A stretch of DNA of 58,217 nucleotides, filler included, from Sphacelaria rigidula (lineage: Eukaryota), in NCBI GenBank assembly GCA_964200075.2. It is 5 parts of 5 records of this genome, joined end to end, with 100 filler letters (N's around TTAATTAATTAA, not from the genome) between each part and the next. Parts side by side here need not be neighbours in the genome. Positions count along the whole stretch, not along the records: positions 1 to 11,565 come from CAXNAA020004775.1; positions 11,666 to 23,230 come from CAXNAA020004776.1; positions 23,331 to 34,894 come from CAXNAA020004777.1; 2 more parts are not named here. The stretch is one strand, 5' to 3'. A model generated the notes under the pieces. It searched no databases. It was not told the origin of the DNA and saw nothing but the letters and a program-made list of their open reading frames with translations. Position numbers and translations under genes: made by a program. This document shows positions 10,746-24,591 of the stretch, in pieces. The first letter of the stretch is position 1. The number at the start of each line of letters is the position of its first letter.

Positions 10746-13700
10746 CTGAGACAAGCGCTGAAGTTTGTGGCACTGATCTGGCCGAGGCCTACAGAGAACG
10801 CACAACAGTCCACGAGTTGCTGTCTCTGCTGGATCGATCTGTCAGCGGATAACGGATTGCGCACAAATCCGTCCCGACTTCGAAATCCTCATTATATGAC
10901 GTATCTTGTGTTGGCTTCGCGGAACAGTACAGGTTTACTGTACTGTACCTACTGACTGTACTGCACCGTAGTACTCTACTCCTGTACTCTGTGTAGTGCT
11001 AGCCAGGAACAAGAAAGGTCGATTTTCCTCTCCCGCCGCAACGTGAGGATGTAGTTGCACTCGGCACCGTAATGCAAGGTAGTATCGCTGTTTACGTAAA
11101 CCGACATTTTGCCCACGGTGCCTACAGCACTTGGAAACCGCTCGGGTTGGAGAGGAGAAGCTCAGCGCTCATGTTTCGATCTTGATTCATATTGATCGAT
11201 CGATTATCTCACATTAGCTGATTGCAACATACCGAAGTACTGTTTGAAGTATTCAAGCAGTTCATTTTTTGCGTATTTTGCGAATCTCCCACGATCCTGA
11301 AGGGTCTGCTCTTTCTCGTGTGCCAAATGCGCGTTGCTGCATCTTGGAGGCAAGTCAGGTTGTCGCTCCGCTGCGCAGCCGTGGGAGATTTATGCTGAAT
11401 TAGTTCATGTCGGTTTTCTGTCGTTTGAGCTATTTGGAGTTTCATCTCTCCCCTTCCCGAGGGTCAACATCAGTATGCCTTACTTGGCAGCCGTGCTCTG
11501 ACCTCGACTCGGAGGATATTGAAGAGGAAGGGTGCTGTTCTGCATACCTTTGTAGCTTACACGGGNNNNNNNNNNNNNNNNNNNNNNNNNNNNNNNNNNN
11601 NNNNNNNNNTTAATTAATTAANNNNNNNNNNNNNNNNNNNNNNNNNNNNNNNNNNNNNNNNNNNNCCTCCTCCTCCACCGCCCCCCCTGCCCCCAAACAA
11701 GCACGCATGTTAAATTTTGCATTCAGAATGCTCCCCTTTCCCCTTCCCTTTGTAAAGATCTCCGGTAAAACCCAGTTTGGAAAGACCAGATGGACCATAT
11801 ACGTTACCCCTATCGTTGATCCTGTACTGTCCCAGAAAGAGGAGTCTCTATAAGAATACCTTGCCGGGAGTTCGTGGGGTCATGAGCCTCCTTACCTCTG
11901 CCAGTATTCTGGCAGTAAAAGTCCCAACATCTCCTATCACCGGCCCTAACGTGCCCAGTGCTAAGCCGGAACCGCCGCAGTTCTTGGGTACCATTCCCAG
12001 GAATGTGACTGTGGGTATGGAAGGATCCGGGATCGGCCGGACTAGAGAAACCCCCGATCTGTTTGCCCCATCACCGCGGGGGTGGTGGGTAAAGGAGAAG
12101 CGGCGCCCTATGCTCCCAGATAATGGGATGTTCACCTCGTTGCCTGCACATGACGTTGTATGTAGAGCGAGGCAAAGGAGGGTACGTTCAAGGGGACGTA
12201 TTCGTTCCTGCTAGCATCGAAGAGGATCGCCTTATTCAAGCAGCAGCACGTATGCCGTAGGCAACAGTACGCCGTCTTGTTGATAACAGCGATCAGCACC
12301 CTCGACGTGCAGCGAGAATGCGCACTCACGTAAGCCCTCGTGAAGAACGGATTTCATGTAGGATTACCACCCCACTACATGTTACCCCCCATTTTCCTTC
12401 CTCACCATGTCCTTTGGAAGGGAGACACCACTGCACCGCCACCCGCCCGGTCTCATGATCCTTCACGAACGTTTCTATGTTCATGCGGACTTGCACGGCG
12501 GGACAGATCACCGTGAATGTCCGGCCGGGTTGCTTCACACCAGCATCGTCTCGATGATCACCCCACTCTGCGGAATTTTCCTCTGTGAAGTGACTTGTTC
12601 GCCGTTTATTCGCATTTCCAGCTCCCCTGCGGGTAAAGTTTGGTGTTGAAGTTCAGGTGAGAGATGATAATTCAATAAGGCTCTAGCCGTTGAGTTTATT
12701 GGAAATCGTCTATAGGTAGTCGTTAATTCATCTCCGATTGCGACGGTCGGGTTCGTGCGTCGATCGGTAAACTATCAATGCACGCCGGACTTCCGCGGCG
12801 TGACGGTAATATGGTCCTCTCACGAAAAGACATCCCTTGTGAAGTATCTTCAACATTCAGGCGGGAGAGCAACGGGTTGATACGGAATCAAATCACCACA
12901 ATGTTATAGTCGGTCTTTGGAGTGGTAAATATATCAGCGCTGTGAAACCATGCAATTTAAGTTTACCGTGGCCATCATTACCGGCACCATCGCTTTTACC
13001 AGCGCCGCCACCGTCATCACTGACATCAAAGCATCACATCAGCCACCTGCGCACATCATTCACCCCAGGTGAGCTCCCGTCTCCACCAACAGCATCAGGC
13101 CCGTGAGCAGCCCAGGCAAAAAGGAGCCCCAGCAGCCTAGCACTTTCCCTTGGGTACATTTCCCACGAGGGCGCGCGTTGCAGGTTTTTTTCATCCACTC
13201 TCCCCCCAAAGCACCCTGCGCGATTGTCGGCTCCATTGCTCTCCCGGCACCTGGCGGCTGGGACAGAGTTGTCTTCAGCAGCTCCCCCACCCACCTCCTC
13301 GCCATCACTGGGGGTGTTCAGGGGCTGTGGACTTTGCGGAGTATGACAATATGCGGAGCGAGCGTTGGATGCTGATCGCCAGAGCAGTGGGTAATCCGTG
13401 ATTACGATGAGGGTGTTGAGGCCGGGACCTTCCTGAACAAATTGGTGGTCCGAGAAACGTTGACGTCATCCGGTCCATTCTTGGTTACGAAATGAATTAT
13501 TATTGACGGCTCAAAGTGTCGGTGCTGTAGTGCCAGTAGGGTTACATACGTGTCACATCGGGGATCACGGTGTACAGAGTGCAACACACCATAGGAGCGG
13601 TGCCCCTAGAGCTGATGGGAGGGATGGTTGGCGTGGGTTGCGGGCATGTAAGGCAATTATAGTGGTATAATTGTTACGGCTGGTGGTTATCGCTACGGTA

Positions 13701-16700
13701 GCGTGTGTCATAGTTCATGAGCGAGGATACACCTTGAACAGAGTGCGCGCCTGTTTCGAAACCGCTTGGGAATATGGAGATTAGCACGGTATAATCACGA
13801 ATATTCGGTTAAAATACACTGTCCGATTGAGACGGACTCAGGATATAAAAAACTCTGATCACCTCTGAAATATATACCTGCAAGCACATCTCCGGCGCTC
13901 GGAAGAAATCCTCTAGCCAATCCCACGCTGCGGAAGGTAGCAAACCCGTCCCTCTGATGGCTTCACGACCACCACGCACAAAGTCTAGCTGACCAGAAAG
14001 CGCGGAAATGAATAACACGCCAACCTTTCCCCACCTCTGAAATCGGGGGAGGAGACTGCTGTCAGCAATCCGCGATTTCCCGCCGCCGTAGGTATGTTTT
14101 GCAAGTCCTACTGTTCGTGGATGATACCCTCGTCCGCTATTTTTTCCCCACAATGCATTTTCATACTCATTGGCTACCTCCAATGCAGCAGTGGCTACAG
14201 AGCGTAGTGCTCGTTCGAATGTTTGCCCCCTCTCCATGGCCTCCTCGCTTCTTGCATCCATCTTATGAATGGCGCTTGGCGGACGATGCCGTGATTCGCT
14301 GTAATTTTTACACCCATTGTATCCTGGTTTAGGAGCGGCGGACGTAGCGGGTGCTATCGGCAACCACCCCTCGGGAAGCGACCCGAGCAGCGGGAGTAGA
14401 AGCGCGTCTGCTCCACCACAAGTCACCATCGAACAATTAGCCACCAGCTTTCTAGTCTGTCGTCCGGACGGCACAGTTTTGAGGGCTTGTAGTGAGCAAT
14501 GCTGCTTTAATGGCCTGCTGTCAACCTGTCCCCTTCCTGGGGATGATTCGTGCTCTCAGGTAATCAACCCATCTCTCCCTGACACAACCGTTGTAAACGG
14601 GTATCGCCGATCGGGTCTTTACTCCTGCACCGCGTCGGGTCTTATCATAAAGACATTTTTTCCGCTCACGTCCTCGCGTTTTGAACGATGGAGATTATAC
14701 GTATTTTCACCAAAGCCCCAAATGTACCTGCCGGAACTGAACCAATTTTCCCCTTACTTAATGATTTCAGTTGCACCATTAGAACACCGGGGCGCGGCAA
14801 GAGCTCCAGCGACAGTGGCGAGAGTGAGGTACTCGTACTTGCATCGAGCTCCCTTCATCACCTTGTCCAGATAGGTGATGGTCGATAGGGGTTTCTCGGT
14901 TTTCATGGACGTTCCATTTCGGCGCTGCTACAGACAGCACTAATTATTATAAATTATTAGGGGCTCGCAAAACGTTCCGGCGTCAGCACAGCGTTACTCA
15001 CAGCAATTCTGGTACTCTTCGGCAGCACAAGAACTTCGTCCTGGTGACTTCCTGCTAAGGTAGCATAGCCTGAGGGACAGTACATCGATTTGGGAGCCTC
15101 GAAAATGAAGATACGTATGAGACGCATAGGTCGGACAACGCTGCTTCAATATACGCGTTCCTGCCCTAACCAGAACTAGCGTTGCATGCGCTACTTACGA
15201 GGGGGTTGTTCCAAGCGTCGCGATAGATTTCGCGAAAGACGCCACGTGCCAGGCGACCTACGGTTGACTCGCCACCTCCATCCTCTGCGCCCAAACCCGT
15301 CGATACATGATCTTGCTCCGCCATAAGGAAAGGATAAAGGATTCGTGCGACTTTTGAGGCATCAACCTGTATCGCGTGAGCAGTATGTGAGAAATAACGA
15401 TTTTCGAGGTGCAGGGAAACGCAATTTCTCCCCACTTGATGCAAATCTTGTCGAGTCATTGATCACCATCAGGCCGATTTCCGAAGATGCCCTTTTCACC
15501 AGATGAGGTGTCGAGCACTAAAAGACCAACGATCTTCGGAGCAACAGGGTCGCGTAATTCCGCGCATAGGTCGCACGTGCGGATGTTGAATGGATATGTG
15601 GGTGCACCTAACCTACGATAGGTGCAGGTACTTACTGTGGATCCGATACTCAATGCTATCGTTGCCGTTGGCCTCGATGTCTGCAGATCAGCGAGCATCT
15701 CCTCCACAGCAGCGGGAGGGAGTGCAAGGGGCGACAATGCCCACATGGCGATGAGATCATCGCTGGCACCAGGCGTTGCAAATCTACCCTGCCTGCAAGC
15801 CTGCCGAAAACCAAATTGTGGTAAAACATTCGGACGAAGTCATGGGCAAGAAAATATAGATGGTATGATGGTGTGATCGCCAACCAGTGCTGCAGTGCTC
15901 AACCCGCCCTAGTAAGCTTGTCACCGTGATGTGGCCGTCTACGGAATACTTCATAGTGGTAGGAAAAGTAGGAATACCCAACATTTGCACCATCTAGTCG
16001 CACGTTTGAAGTGCGACAACAAAAACTACAGCAAAACATATCACAGTATTGTGTTCGACGTCGCGTGCGTTGAAACGCGAACAAATGGCGTGAGTAATTT
16101 CCTATGGTCCACGTGCACCCCCTTCCTGACCTGATCATTCCGATGCACGCCCACTAGCTTAACCATGTAACGACGGCCCGGTGTCAGCCCCTCGAACTCG
16201 AATACACGAGGACCATCGTTGTCTTCGCTGGTCTCAACGCCACCGGTCATCTCGAACCGTTGTCCAGATAACGTGTCAAGGAGTGCGATGCCAACAGACG
16301 ACCATGCGGATGAACTAACCTCGCCACGACATTCCAGCAAAATGACTGCGGATGTGGGACTAACTCGACCAACGACGGGACCCACTGTAACTCGAGGCAA
16401 GGAAAATGATGTACCCCCACCATACATAGCACTTTGTGTTCGATTTTTTGTGTCATTGAGCCTTCGTTGGGCGGCATCATCAAGCTCCTGGGGATCAGCC
16501 ATGGAACTCCCTCGCAATGCTGTCGTAGGAAGAGGTCGAGGTGGAGGGAATGCAGCAAACACGCGCGGAGCACCGTCATCGGTTGATTCTTGGCGAATGT
16601 CGAGAAGAACCTCCGCCGGTAGGTGAGAAGGAGGGCTCCGTGGATCCTCTTTGCCTGCACTCCCGACGTCCACGCGCGCAAGCGAACGAGCTTCATCTAC

Positions 16701-19700
16701 AGGAACTTGATCAGTTATACTGTAGGTGTTCGCTCGCCCATCAACCGCAACCCGGCTAATATTGGTGACTCCAGTTGTTGTACCGTCTTCTAGGGCATTA
16801 TCCACCGCTGGCAGCAGTGAGTCAGTATGCATTCTCCATGTCGGCGAAGACTTAGACTTCGGGCGAATGGTAGAGGCCCCGAGAACTATTTGTCTGATAC
16901 TGACTTGCTCATGGGTGTTTTTATCCCCGAAAGTGTTGCCGGCACCCTCACCCTCCAGAACATCTCCGGTCACCAGTTCGGCAAATTGCCCTGTCGAACC
17001 AAGACTCCGTTCACGTTGTGCAAAGATGTCCGATTTTCCCGAAGTATCAGCCCCCTCGACTTCTCCTCGCCCCCCGGTATTTTTGCTGTTATCTTGCTGA
17101 AAACGCTCCCCACTATTGTTGTCGACAGCGTCACTGCCGCAAACCAACAATATCTCTCGTCGTCCCTGGCACCCTGGTTCCGGTCCGTCACGAATCCATG
17201 ATGATAGGGCCGCGAGAGCTATAGCCGGATCGCCCAGTCCTGCAGGGTGTTCTTCACTTATGTCAGCTGTCGAATAGTAATTTTTGCTGTTTTCCCGGAC
17301 ACCCTTGTCTTCCTCCAGGCTTCGACACGAATCCTGTTGGCCGTCTTCACCAGTAGCTGTTGCAACAGGTGCGTTTTCGTCGGAGTCGGGGCTTGTGTGG
17401 TCCGAACTGACGTCAACATAATCATTTCTGGGATTTCGCGCCGGTGTTTTCGGCGAGATCGTCATTGTTTGAGTTTTCGATTGCGGTGTACCTTCGAAAA
17501 AGAGGGGGCTGTCGAGAAGTATGATGGCCGTCACACCACGCCGACCATTTCCCGATCCTTCGCCATTATTGCATGATTCTACCTCGCTATTATTGAAAGC
17601 GTTGGCAGCCTTGGTCATATCCAAGAGGAGTTCGTAGAGGGGGGAGTTTTCTTCTGTGGGACAGTTCACAGAACTTTTGTGAGTAGAAGCGTCGTCTGCG
17701 TGGTCGTAGATGTTGTCTCCGTGGTGTTGTAGTCGTTCCTGCTCGTCAAGTTCCCCGTCGATTGCTTTCGCTTGTAACTGGGCAAGACCGTCATCAAATC
17801 TTTCTTTGCCTGACTGCATATTTTCCACTGCGTCAGTGACCCCGCCTCCTGCTCCAGTGCCGTCTTTTGGATCTGCGATCAACCTTACTTCGTGATGAGT
17901 GTTTTCTGGGCTCACGCTTGGAATGGGTTCAACGCTACCGACCCCACCATCCGTCTCACCTTCGGGGCCGTCTCGTGATCCCGTCGACATTTCGTTAGAC
18001 TCACGCATTGCCTTGCTAGTTTCACCTTTTGCGGCATCAGGACCAACATTTTCTATACTCCTTCGATTGCAATGTAGGGCAACATAGTTTGACGTCTCCG
18101 AAATGCTCTCTCGCAAATTCGACTTGACCCTTCCAGCTGAAAAGAGACTTCGATCTCGGGCTTTGCCAGGTCGAATAAGGAAGCAACCTGGACAAATCGA
18201 CATGGAACCTCCGGCGCCGGACGTCATCCGAGAACCCTGGCCGCACATGGCGTCGTTCCGAATGTATGTGGAAATTTCCAGTCCGATGGCTTCCTGGACG
18301 GCAGTACGGTGGGCTTCGCTGTGCAATTGCACTTCCTCCTGAAAGTATGCGAGAAGTAAGCAAGTGGTCCGAAAATGTTAGATTGGCAGCAGGGAGATGG
18401 GCACTTGAGCGAGTAGACTGTGCGAATAAGGTATGGGCTGTGCGAAATTCAAATCTCTATACAGAAGCATCCGCCCCTAGACCGCACTCTCAGGAGGCCA
18501 AAAAGTCGGCGTATTTGAAAAGGGGCATGCTTTCTTTGTTAGATTTCTGCATGTGACGTTTGACACTCTGTACAATCCACTACTCACCATGTCAAGACCT
18601 AGCCATGGGTCGACTTGACCAAGAATCAGGTGCGCCGCTTGTCTTCGTTCCGTATGTCGTAGCCCATACTGATCGGGCAGCAGACGGCAAGTTCTCGAAA
18701 GCAATGCCCTCACAGCAGTTGATGCTTCACGGGAGACTCTCATGCGGGGATCCTCCATCGTCCGATAGGACGGTGCACTCTCCAATATAGTAAAACAGCG
18801 ACGAATGACCTCAGGTGCATGCCAGTTGGGACGGAGGTGGAGCACTATATCGATACATCCTGAATCCATATCGCGCCCGCTACCCCAAGGCTGAGTTGTA
18901 TTTTCCGGTGCCGCTGCTCTGGCTACACCCTCCCCAGCGAACGAGGCGGCATTGGCGGCAGGTTTAGCCGCATCAGCTAAGCCTCTGGAAACCAGGGCAG
19001 TTCCATGTTTCGTTTCAGGGGGCCACGTCATGACGAAAGGGTGCGATGACCATCCGATGCCAGATGTGTCCACAACCTCGTTTGCGGCAAGCCACCACGG
19101 TTTCCCCCAGCTGTTGTCGTTATCTCCATGTGTACTGCTGGCTTCCGGCGCCTCAAGTGAAGTAGTTCGTTGATGCATGATCATTACAACCACCCTTTCA
19201 GTGCCTCGGTCTTCGTGGGGATCGATCGTTCTGTGCTCTCTCGCTAATGAATCCGGCGCCCATCGATGTTCAACAGATTCACCGCTCATGATATTCTGGC
19301 AATGCGCCCCGATGATCTCAATATGATGTGATAATTTTCCTGTTTCATGCACTCCTTCAACATCGAGCTTGGTGAATGACATGGTAGGATCATGCCCGGC
19401 GGTGCGATGTGCAGGCAGCGTCTTAAAGCGAAGGGTCGCGCAGCTTCGTTTCCTGAGGCAGTCATACCCCGCGGTGCTTTCTTCACGGGTTGCACTCTGT
19501 GCGAGAATTCGATGGACTAATCGAAACCGATGGTCTGTTTCAGGTCTTAGTCCGGATAGCTTGATGACTACGGGCTGTCCTTCTTCAAGACAAACGGTTC
19601 GAGCATCGACGAGCGAATATCGAGATGCCTGACGGACTTCTATCACCGCCGCGACGCACCACGAAGCTCCACCGGAAGGTGTTGTTGCTCCTTTGCCGGC

Positions 19701-21595
19701 CTCAAGAGCTATACTGACACCGTTTGAGCCAACCCGCGACAAAAATGGAGGCAATGAAAGTGGTGGCGCATCACACATATTTCCCCCACATTCCTGCAGG
19801 GCCATGAGCGCGCGTTCACTATCGACGTATGGACTGCCATCAAGTACATCTTCTTCGCTTTTCCCTCTCGATATCAATCCGTGGGCTCCATCCACTACGT
19901 TGGTGTCGGAAATCCTTCCTCTCCGAGACTGAGCCCCCCTCTTCACGGTGGGGTATAACCCTTCTAGCGAGCCAATCTTCGACGAAGCGTAGTCTAATGC
20001 TCGGGAGAAACGGTGGGGCAGGGCAAGGACCTCAAACGCATGCACGGGGAATTCGGCGCGTTGAGCCCAATCCAAAAACGTCTTCAGGTGCAGCTCTTCT
20101 CGTCCACACCCATTCTGTGCCCCGTCGTCGTATTCTTCTCCACCGATGTTGCCTCCTGCAGAATGACTCTTTGAGTTTTCCAGAAAAGCTTCTCCCGCAA
20201 TAAATGCAGAATCGTCGGGTGTGATCGGCAGCGAGAACCCCAGGCGGCGCAGGACTGAGGCGCACGAATATATAAGCGCGCCGAGATCATCCTCCGCTAA
20301 CACGTCGTTCCCGCCGACATCAAACAGTGAGAACAACAACGTCAGTGTTTCCTTTGCGGTGCCACGGCAAGTCAACGCTAGTCCGGTGATGAGCTCGAAC
20401 ACATCCACTCGGGACCCGGGCACGGTGCCGCGGGCACGAGACCACGTGTTTGCTTGTGGCAGCGGGTGGATGAAAATGTCACAGATGCGGCGAATAAGCG
20501 TCAGTGGGAACCCGACACGCTTTAGCAGGGCGTGAGTGTCTTCCACCGAGAGTGCGTAGTCGCTCACTGCCAGCGGTTTCGCCTCGAGGTGATTCCACCG
20601 CCTGTTGTTTTTACAGAATGCGTCATGAACGGTACGATAAGATTAGAACATACATCTCCACCATTGTTTGTCCATGTATGGCTCGTGTGCTCTGTGGGGA
20701 TAGGTGTCGCATACATATGGACGATTAGTCGTCGAATGATCCAAGATCTCTGGTCAGGATGATCGGGTGAAACTCCCCCGCCACAAGTGCACTGCAAGTT
20801 GATATGCTGCTTCTGGTAAATAACGGCAAAGTAGAAGGGTGGCATCATAGATAGGTGGGGGGTGGTAACTGCCTGTTGCCAGAAGACACAGTACTACTCG
20901 CTCTCAAGAGTATGTGTATAGCAGCTACCGTGTAATGCGTCGGAGACTTAATGTGTAGAGTCCACACTATCTATGATGATCAGCTTGAACAGACAAGGAC
21001 CCAAGGACGTCACCTACAGGGAAGTCTGCCGGTGCACCGTTCTCTCAACTCATGACCCCGGGTCCCACGTTTTCTTGGCGCGTTCGGGTATTTGTCAGGT
21101 CATGGAACTGCAGTTATAAACTAAGTCAAGTTTCGCCAACCAAGGGCGCGAGCAGCGAACACCCTTGCATACGATGCATGTTTCGCGTACATGCCGTGTA
21201 CTCCTTGTGCAAGCGACAGCCAGGGTCAAAACTGGAGTGTTTGACGGAGTACTGCTGTTGTATGCGTGCATGTACCTGCTAGATCTATGTCGGTTGGCGC
21301 CAACATTGCCACCTACGAAGCACAGCATATCATCCACCAACTTTGTGACATCTGGTTCCTACATTGTTACGTACAAAGTATAGGATATCAATGCCAACAG
21401 CTGTTGTATTTCTCATGTAATACACGCCATCGTGACTGCGCTTGGAGAACACCGTCATCCCCGTTGCCATCACCTGAAGTCGTTCAGCACGGCGCTGACT
21501 TTCTCCACTGTCGCAGCACGTTTGATTTCCAGCAAAACATCGGCAGTTCGCATCAAGCAGTCGCCTTGATTTTTCCCTTCTACATGCTGCATCAT
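10746..21595 (-). CDS. Large EF-hand protein with repeated degenerate PhoD-like (FN3 + metallophosphatase) modules; spliced, 3' end unresolved
   Basis: Phase-consistent GT-AG exons: 21595-21474, 20601-18588, 18338-16131, 15800-15636, 15366-15199, 14456-13878, 13432-13047, 12626-12406, 12143-11896, 10838-10746. EF-hand LFSLFDVGGNDVLAEDDL. PhoD-like segments GPVVGRVSPTSAVILLE, PRVFEFEGLTPGRRY, FREIYRDAWNNPL|TRKLVANCS, EYENALW, WGKVGVLFI, LLGLLFAW and a new repeat GPVIGDVGTFTARILAE|ID. Confidence 0.75.
11249..11565 (-). repeat. Interspersed repeat, copy B (runs into gap)
   Basis: Reverse complement of 1207-1524; homology stops at the same GCTTGAATAC end. Confidence 0.9.
11566..11665. other. Assembly gap with artificial TTAATTAATTAA linker
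   Basis: N-run / linker / N-run. Confidence 0.98.
16131..18338 (-). CDS. Large exon: low-complexity linker plus start of second PhoD-like module
   Basis: 763-aa ORF; acceptor TTTCAG; donor GTCAGG; phase 0 at both ends. Confidence 0.85.
18588..20601 (-). CDS. Large exon: EF-hand region plus first PhoD-like/FN3 module
   Basis: 696-aa ORF; acceptor CAG at 20602-20604; donor GTGAGT after 18588. Confidence 0.85.
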
Positions 21596-22577
21596 TTGCT
21601 GACAATCAACCCCAGCCTATCACCTTCTTCAGCCTCGAACGCGTCCCCTTCCATCACCGAACAAATTTCAACCAGATCGCGGGATCTTGAACCAGGATTA
21701 TGACCTGCATGCCAAGAGTTAATTATGACCAATTTGGCATGTTGCTTTTCTTTATCAAACCTTGTAAACACAGAACCTGAACAGTGACCGTGAACGCAGC
21801 TACACAGCACAAGTTTCACCGTTGGTTGGCAAGGGCATTCACCAGCACCTGTACGACATACGAGAAAGAGAGAGAGAAATAAAGAGGGAAGGAGAGAAAG
21901 AGAGTAACTGCAGCGCAACATCATAATCCTACAACAGTACAACATCGTGGTCGCGTGGAAGAAACAGCCCGATACTCGTATCACCTTCGCACGTTTTGCG
22001 CAAGATCCTGACCCGGTCAAAGAATGAAGATCTCGATCAGCATCGTTGTTCTGGCTGCGGTGACCTTTTTCGACCTCAACGGCGCAGGTGATGGCGTGTT
22101 ACTCTAATGCACAAGTACAGTATCATAGCAAAACTACTCGCACCTGGTGATGTTGAGCCAAACGGTGTGAAGGTGGTTTTGTCAGAAGGCAACAACATTG
22201 CACACGCCGTACAGCGCATGAGCTACCCAAAAACAACTAATCGAAGAGGATCTCAGATACGTTGTCCAAGAACACAGAATACGTGACCGCGGGGCCCAAG
22301 AAGCCGAGGCGCTACCGTTGCGGTACTCCGCACGCTCGGCGCCCAGCGCTGTAGGGAGCAAACGTGGAAAGGGGGGCAAATGAGCGAGTTCATTATCCGG
22401 CTCAGTACACAAGTAAGGGATGATACTCAGGTATAGCGCATGAGCTGTCCAACGTGTATACAACATTGCCATGGCCATGATACTATACCATACTTTTATC
22501 AAGGCGACGTGTAGTAGGTGTACCTGTGTACGGGTTAGTGACTGATGCCTGTAGTCATGCAGTTGCTACATTTTTAA

Positions 22578-22668
22578 GCGTTAGACCACGAGGGGTCTGA
22601 TCATTCATACTTTTTTCAAGTGAAATTGATGCTGATTGAACAGATGACCTACTCTCGCGATCGAAGTG
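22578..22668 (+). mobile_element. Diverged copy of the piggyBac-type MITE
   Basis: TTAA then ...AGACCACGAG...GTGAAATTGATGCTGATTGAACAGATGAC...CTCGCG, similar to 531-628. Confidence 0.55.
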
Positions 22669-23230
22669 AGAATCATGTCGATTCAACATAATATAAGCAC
22701 CCCTGACGGTAAAAGAGTAAACGTATGTATGCACACATACATATACTATATTATATTATAGTATCCCAACACCTCTTGATTGGGATAGACAGAAGCCACA
22801 GCAGGGTCGTCGTGGGTATGGGTACTGTATCCTTCAAATATTCCATCATTTCTGGATACCGACGCCTGTAACAACGAGACATGCCGTATGTATTTTACAA
22901 GTACTTGGTTTTAGTATGAAGGATGTTGGCTAGTAGATTCCGAGTCGGATCTTACTAAAATCCAAGTAAATGCGCGGGGAAAATCCCCTCCAGCACGAAG
23001 GGACCAAAATGTTTGCTGTCTTGTTCAGGGGATCGGACCTGTAACTCTTGACCGTTCATCTCGTGGGCCCAGGCAAGGCCCAGGAATGGTCTAACGAAAA
23101 GAGTATTTCAGCCGTTCCGTGCCGTTGCCGTGAGGTGTGTTCACCACTTGGTTTGATGAAGGACTTTCTCGGATCTTCTTAATATAAGACGCGTGCACTA
23201 AACATGGAAGGAGTCATCCTACGATAGGGG

Positions 23231-23330
23231 NNNNNNNNNNNNNNNNNNNNNNNNNNNNNNNNNNNNNNNNNNNNTTAATTAATTAANNNNNNNNNNNNNN
23301 NNNNNNNNNNNNNNNNNNNNNNNNNNNNNN
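23231..23330. other. Assembly gap with artificial linker
   Basis: N-run / TTAATTAATTAA / N-run. Confidence 0.98.
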
Positions 23331-23460
23331 GCGGTAGGTGGGGTGGGGTGGGGAGGGGGGTGTTGGGTGGGGGGGGGGGGGGGGGGGGGGGGCGTACTCA
23401 TCTGTTGCTTGCCTTAGTCGTTTGACTATTGACCACGCATCCCTTTCGAGACGGAGCATC
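23331..23460 (-). repeat. LINE 3'-end fragment with poly-C tract (poly-G on +)
   Basis: GTTGCTTGCCTT.GTC.TTTGAC.A.TGACCACGCATCCCTTTCGAGACGGAG shared with 56360-56420. Confidence 0.7.
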
Positions 23461-24591
23461 GATCAGGAGGGAGGTATCTTGTACGGCTTTTAAGGACGCA
23501 CAGGCTCTTCTTGACGTTTTGTGTACACGTGATTCGGATTACATAGGTGTGCCCAAGGAGGTGATACACGGATAAACAGATCATACGAATCACTCGTGGC
23601 AGGTTTGTACGGATACTCGGGTCATACAGATCATCAGACAGATATGTACGAATCACACGGGCCATAAAGATCAGTCACGATGTCACGTACGTGTGCAGCG
23701 CCAATAAATATGTGTACTTCGTGTAGCTGCTATAATCAACAGTCGAAAAACAGACTCGTGAACACGCAGATTGTACCAGGGCCATACGGGTTGGCAGGTG
23801 AGGAGTGCTGAACACTTCCTCTGTCCCACTGGATAAGCCCGTTTGAAAATCTAATTAGATGAGCCCGTGGTGAAATATTGCGATAATGTACCCAATACAG
23901 TTGTTTTCGACATACGGACCTCCAACATGTCTTCCACATATGCCATCATGTAAAGACATTTATGTATAGCTCCAGGGGATCACATATTATCATCCCCGGC
24001 GTGAAAAAATCACGAAGTGGGCTCATGTAGTGAGATTTTCCGGAGGAGAGCCAAAGTTTTGGCAGAACTTTGGCTCAATGTGCGATACGGGGTGTACAAA
24101 GAACCTTTTTTTTTCGATGCTCGGACCCACGGCAGTGTGTTTCGAAGTGTTAGGGACATGTGTGAGAACAAGAAGACCCTCCAGACCCGGGGACAACATG
24201 ATGTTGTCCCCGGAGTGGGCGCGTATACCCCCGGATCCCGTATGGTATCCTCAAATAGTGCTCTGGTGGCGGCAGACTGTACAGTGACGGTTTCGGGCGG
24301 TTCTCCGAAACGCCTCGGGAACCATGAAAAAATCAATTTCTTCAAAAATCGATGGGAAGGCTGTCAACCGGTAGATTCCGGTTGTGCACGACTGACATAC
24401 TCTGATCGCGGTGAGTGTAGCTGCTTGTCTACTGGGGCTTGGCAAAAGCCTCGGTTTTGAGTTCTGTTCCAAACTTCACGAGAACAACAAAAAAACGCTC
24501 GGGAAAAGCCGAAAATACGCAAGATAAATGCTGCAAAAACCTCCAAACGGGCTTATCTTGTGGGACAGAAGAAGTACTACTCATTGTATGT

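Noticed and set aside
1207-11565. Polinton/Maverick or other large TIR element defined by the inverted repeats
   Set aside because: The interval holds phase-consistent host exons of two genes that continue outside it; no polB, integrase or capsid motifs seen.
11566-11665. TTAATTAATTAA palindrome recurring four times
   Set aside because: Always centred in N-runs; an artificial all-frame-stop scaffold linker.
14758-14861. Extra exon (VMKGARCKYEY...) in the PhoD-like gene
   Set aside because: Ends in phase 2, incompatible with the next exon; skipping it gives the better WNNPL|TRKLVANCS junction.
16219-20535. Numerous plus-strand ORFs
   Set aside because: Antisense shadows of the long minus-strand exons.
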